Shown here in pieces: positions 61,603 to 64,000 of a stretch of 64,000 bases of DNA (position 1 is the first letter of the stretch; the number at the start of each line of letters is the position of its first letter). The position numbers and the translations under genes were made by a program. This stretch comes from Smithellaceae bacterium (lineage in GTDB: Bacteria > Desulfobacterota > Syntrophia > Syntrophales > Smithellaceae): NCBI GenBank assembly GCA_963667845.2, contig CAXXVL010000002.1, positions 512,001-576,000 on the forward strand, read 5' to 3'. The notes beneath the pieces are model-generated. The model had not been told where the DNA came from, made no database searches, and was given only the letters and a program-made list of their open reading frames with translations.

Positions 61603-62526
61603 TTATATATGATCCGAAAAGCGCCGATAGTTGGTTAACGCGAGCAATCTTTTTTCATTGCCAGTTTTTGGACCTCTCTTTTTTTTCAATTCTTCTTTAA
61701 TATTCACTAGAAAGGTTACTAAGTCTGCATAAGTATTAATTTTATACACATTACAATATAACCGTCCTTGTATGCCCCATCTTCTTAAATCATATTCTGA
61801 AAAAGATTTTCTTCCAGATTTTCCTAATATCCAACGACCTAATTTTGTTGGATTGATCCTATCATGCGTTATTTGCTGCTTTTTTTGCTGGTTGACGAAA
61901 TCGCGAAGCTTGAAATCCACAAAATCAGCTATTGACGCGATGCCAGTCTTAGTTTTTATATTAAATGCACCTTGTATGCGCCATTCTGAGTGGATGCATG
62001 GTCTGCCGTTAATTTTCGACAGTCTAGGATAAATTACATGCTTAAATTTATCGGAACCCATATAGATTGTTTTTGATGAGAAAAGTTTTTCATCAATAAT
62101 TCTATTTTTTCTTCTTTTGCTGCTCTTTTTTGAGTCATTGCATTGATCATAAATAAGGTGGGTATGCGTGTACTTTTTATTTATAGTTTTTATCAATTTC
62201 TCAAATTCGAATGAAGCTTCCCTCTCAGTTTCATAAAATGTATCTTCAGCTATTTCCAATGATGATATTTTCACGATTATATTAGACAGGCTTTTATCTA
62301 ATATCCCGAGGCATTTTTGAGAAGGAGCAACGAATTCTATTCTGGCAGGCAGACCGTATGTTCGCGCCTGTTCATAAGCATTGCCTACAAAAAAAGAAGT
62401 TGTTTCTGATTTAAGATCATTTAGAGGAAGTAGCTGTCGTAGATTATTTGGAGATTTTCTGATATTTATTCTTACCTTATCGAAGTAATATCCGCATTTC
62501 TCATTTTCAAAATTGTAACTTAGCAT
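61603..62526 (-). CDS. Putative replication initiator (Rep_trans-like)
   Basis: FDKV, SLEIAED, TIYMGS...VIY....K....HSEWR motif order; basic protein; SD ggagg. Confidence 0.4.
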   Translation of the reverse strand: MLSYNFENEKCGYYFDKVRINIRKSPNNLRQLLPLNDLKSETTSFFVGNAYEQARTYGLPARIEFVAPSQKCLGILDKSLSNIIVKISSLEIAEDTFYETEREASFEFEKLIKTINKKYTHTHLIYDQCNDSKKSSKRRKNRIIDEKLFSSKTIYMGSDKFKHVIYPRLSKINGRPCIHSEWRIQGAFNIKTKTGIASIADFVDFKLRDFVNQQKKQQITHDRINPTKLGRWILGKSGRKSFSEYDLRRWGIQGRLYCNVYKINTYADLVTFLVNIKEELKKKRGPKTGNEKRLLALTNYRRFSDHI

Positions 62527-62630
62527 TTTGCCTCCTAATCAGGCTTTGCTAGGATTGAGGCGGGAAGATTAGGTTCCCGCCTCTTGACCCTGTTGCAACA
62601 GGGCATCCCAGGCTGATTTAATTTTTCCAC

Positions 62631-63020
62631 TTATATAAAGCTATACGTCAGTTCCGTAAATTTGAAATTCTCATCAAGGTCGTCACAAGTATCGCTTCTA
62701 CCGCGAATCGTACAGCCTGCATTCATGCCGTTAACGCGGAAAAGATACAGCGGACAACTATGGGACGAGCATTTTTTCACTTCCCCTACTTGTCCATTCA
62801 TGCAATGTAAACAATATTCGCGAATAGCTTTACGTCTCTCGCTGGCGTTTTGAGACCCTTTTCCTGAGCGATAAAGATGTAATGCACATTTCTTTAGTGT
62901 ACAGTCCGAGACTTCAGAAGGAATCCAACCTGAACAGTTGAGACATCGTTCATGGATAGCTTTTCTACGGTTTAAATTTACATCTTTATGACCGTCTTTA
63001 CTCTTGATTAGTGCTTGCAT
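62631..63020 (-). CDS. Small protein with duplicated Cys4 motif
   Basis: RRKAI..CL.C..G...EV..C....C.L..[YF]R occurs twice. Confidence 0.7.
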   Translation of the reverse strand: MQALIKSKDGHKDVNLNRRKAIHERCLNCSGWIPSEVSDCTLKKCALHLYRSGKGSQNASERRKAIREYCLHCMNGQVGEVKKCSSHSCPLYLFRVNGMNAGCTIRGRSDTCDDLDENFKFTELTYSFI

Positions 63021-63065
63021 TTTTTACCCCATTATTTTTTATTTCGTTCTTTAAAAAAGGATTAG

Positions 63066-63227
63066 TTAAACTGATTTCGCAGATTCTTTATCAATAGAAA
63101 AAGCCCCACGAGACAGATGGTTTGCCATCTTGCTGTGAGGCTTTATTGTGCTGTGTCTATTTTGAGTGGCGATCTCGCCTTTGAGTTTAAATGGTATTAC
63201 ATTCTGAAAACCTAAATATGCATCGTC
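63066..63227 (-). other. Detached native 3' end of the large serine recombinase gene (53 codons + stop)
   Basis: In frame with codon 560 of 23966.. when attP is rebuilt: ...[12 protein letters not shown]...KSV*. Confidence 0.7.
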
Positions 63228-63240
63228 TATACTCCCCATA
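63216..63240 (+). other. Serine recombinase hybrid site (P arm-TA-B' arm), crossover 63228-63229
   Basis: atatgcatcgtc-TA-tactccccata joins element DNA to the yjbQ C-half. Confidence 0.85.
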
Positions 63241-63509
63241 CAACGGCGGCCGTCACGATCAATGAAAATGCAGATCCCGATGTTCCCGGCGACATTCTGG
63301 CAGCTCTGGACCGCATCGTTCCTTTGTCGGCAAATTACCGGCACACCGAAGGCAATTCCGCCGCCCATGTCAAATCATCGCTGGTTGGTGCGTCCGAAAT
63401 GGTCATGATTGAAAACGGACGCCTGCTTTTAGGCACATGGCAGGCAATCTTCTTTTGTGAATTTGACGGCCCGCGGACGCGGAAGGTCTATATCAGTTTT
63501 AAGATTTAA
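63228..63509 (+). pseudogene. yjbQ: yjbQ (UPF0047) C-terminal fragment, 93 codons
   Basis: [19 protein letters not shown]...[14 protein letters not shown]...[16 protein letters not shown]; in-frame stop just upstream at 63213-63215. Confidence 0.9.
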
Positions 63510-63592
63510 GTTTTAAGCAAAAAATGCTGCGCGAAGCGCTCCAGTTCTATACCTTAACTACTTAATTACTTTATTACTTAAATCTTAATTAC

Positions 63593-64000
63593 TTAATTAC
63601 TTAAGACTTTTACCATCTGTCCATGGATTAATCCGTTGCTTGCAACAAGCCCAAGCGAACGTAACGTCCATTGATCGCCCGACAAATCGGAAATCGTACC
63701 GCCCGCTTCGAGAACCATCAGACAACCGGCAGCCGTATCCCAAGGTTTGAGTTTCAACTCCCAGAAACCGTCCAGACGGCCCGCCGCTAAATAAGACAGG
63801 TCCAGCACCGCCGCACCCGGGCGCCGGACGGCTTGCGCTTTCATGATCATGGATGAGAAAAGATTGAGATTGTTATCCGGACTGACTCGGATATCATAGG
63901 GGAACCCGGTGGCCAGAAGGCTGCGGGACAGATCCGCTTCGGAAGATACACGTATCTTTTTCCCGTTGAGGAAGGCCCCGCATCCGCGCTGTGCAAAAAA
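63593..64000 (-). CDS. suhB: Inositol monophosphatase family (5' part outside window)
   Basis: LATGFPYD, RRPGAAVLDLSYLAAGRLDGFWE..LKPWDTAAG. Confidence 0.88.
   Translation of the reverse strand, partial: FFAQRGCGAFLNGKKIRVSSEADLSRSLLATGFPYDIRVSPDNNLNLFSSMIMKAQAVRRPGAAVLDLSYLAAGRLDGFWELKLKPWDTAAGCLMVLEAGGTISDLSGDQWTLRSLGLVASNGLIHGQMVKVLSN

Larger units (their letters stand above)
39024..63229. mobile_element. Integrative element, part Y (Tyr integrase, cargo, Rep-like gene, Ser-recombinase native tail)
   Basis: Starts at the inverted attR, AT-rich, ends at the TA crossover fused to the yjbQ C-half. Confidence 0.85.

Noticed and set aside
25632..63229. 14-bp direct repeat atatgcatcgtcta (25632-25645, 63216-63229) read as the target duplication of a simple island
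   Set aside because: The enclosed DNA includes host genes and the yjbQ halves are on opposite strands; the repeat comes from the two arms of a palindromic attP.
15681..63229. Prophage or conjugative ICE
   Set aside because: No recognisable capsid, terminase, tail, T4SS, coupling protein or MOB relaxase genes; better described as an integrative, possibly mobilisable element.
63181..63230. Element-supplied replacement 5' end restoring yjbQ (P arm reads ICIVY in frame)
   Set aside because: In-frame TAA at 63213-63215 and no start codon or SD between it and the junction.
63550..63605. acttaatt-like short tandem repeats as iterons or att site
   Set aside because: Low-complexity host intergenic DNA between convergent yjbQ and suhB, outside the element boundary.

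Overview
Window from an anaerobic deltaproteobacterium-like genome (Smithella/Syntrophales-type gene content; this is inference). Host housekeeping and acyl-CoA genes occupy 1-15.6 kb, 25.6-35.3 kb and 63.2-64 kb. The main result is a ~34 kb AT-rich integrative element that sits in two separate pieces (X 15.68-25.65 kb, Y 39.02-63.23 kb) because it has recombined with the chromosome twice. A tyrosine integrase site in tRNA-Arg(ACG) has its attL and attR copies inverted (15631-15680 vs 38974-39023). A large serine recombinase site splits yjbQ into halves on opposite strands (TA crossovers at 25644-45 and 63228-29). One 37.6 kb inversion explains the layout. The rebuilt serine attP is a perfect palindrome inside the recombinase's own 3' end, so recombination swaps the enzyme's C-terminal tail and separates it from downstream Cys-rich and Rep-like genes. 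Cargo includes a complete His-Xaa-Ser radical-SAM cluster, a TGT/DpdA-like gene, four attC-like repeats with cassette-like genes, and several nuclease or defence-like ORFs. An older island remnant lies at the same tRNA, and cimA has an Ile-rich leader-peptide attenuator. All calls come from reading motifs by eye; no database searches were run.
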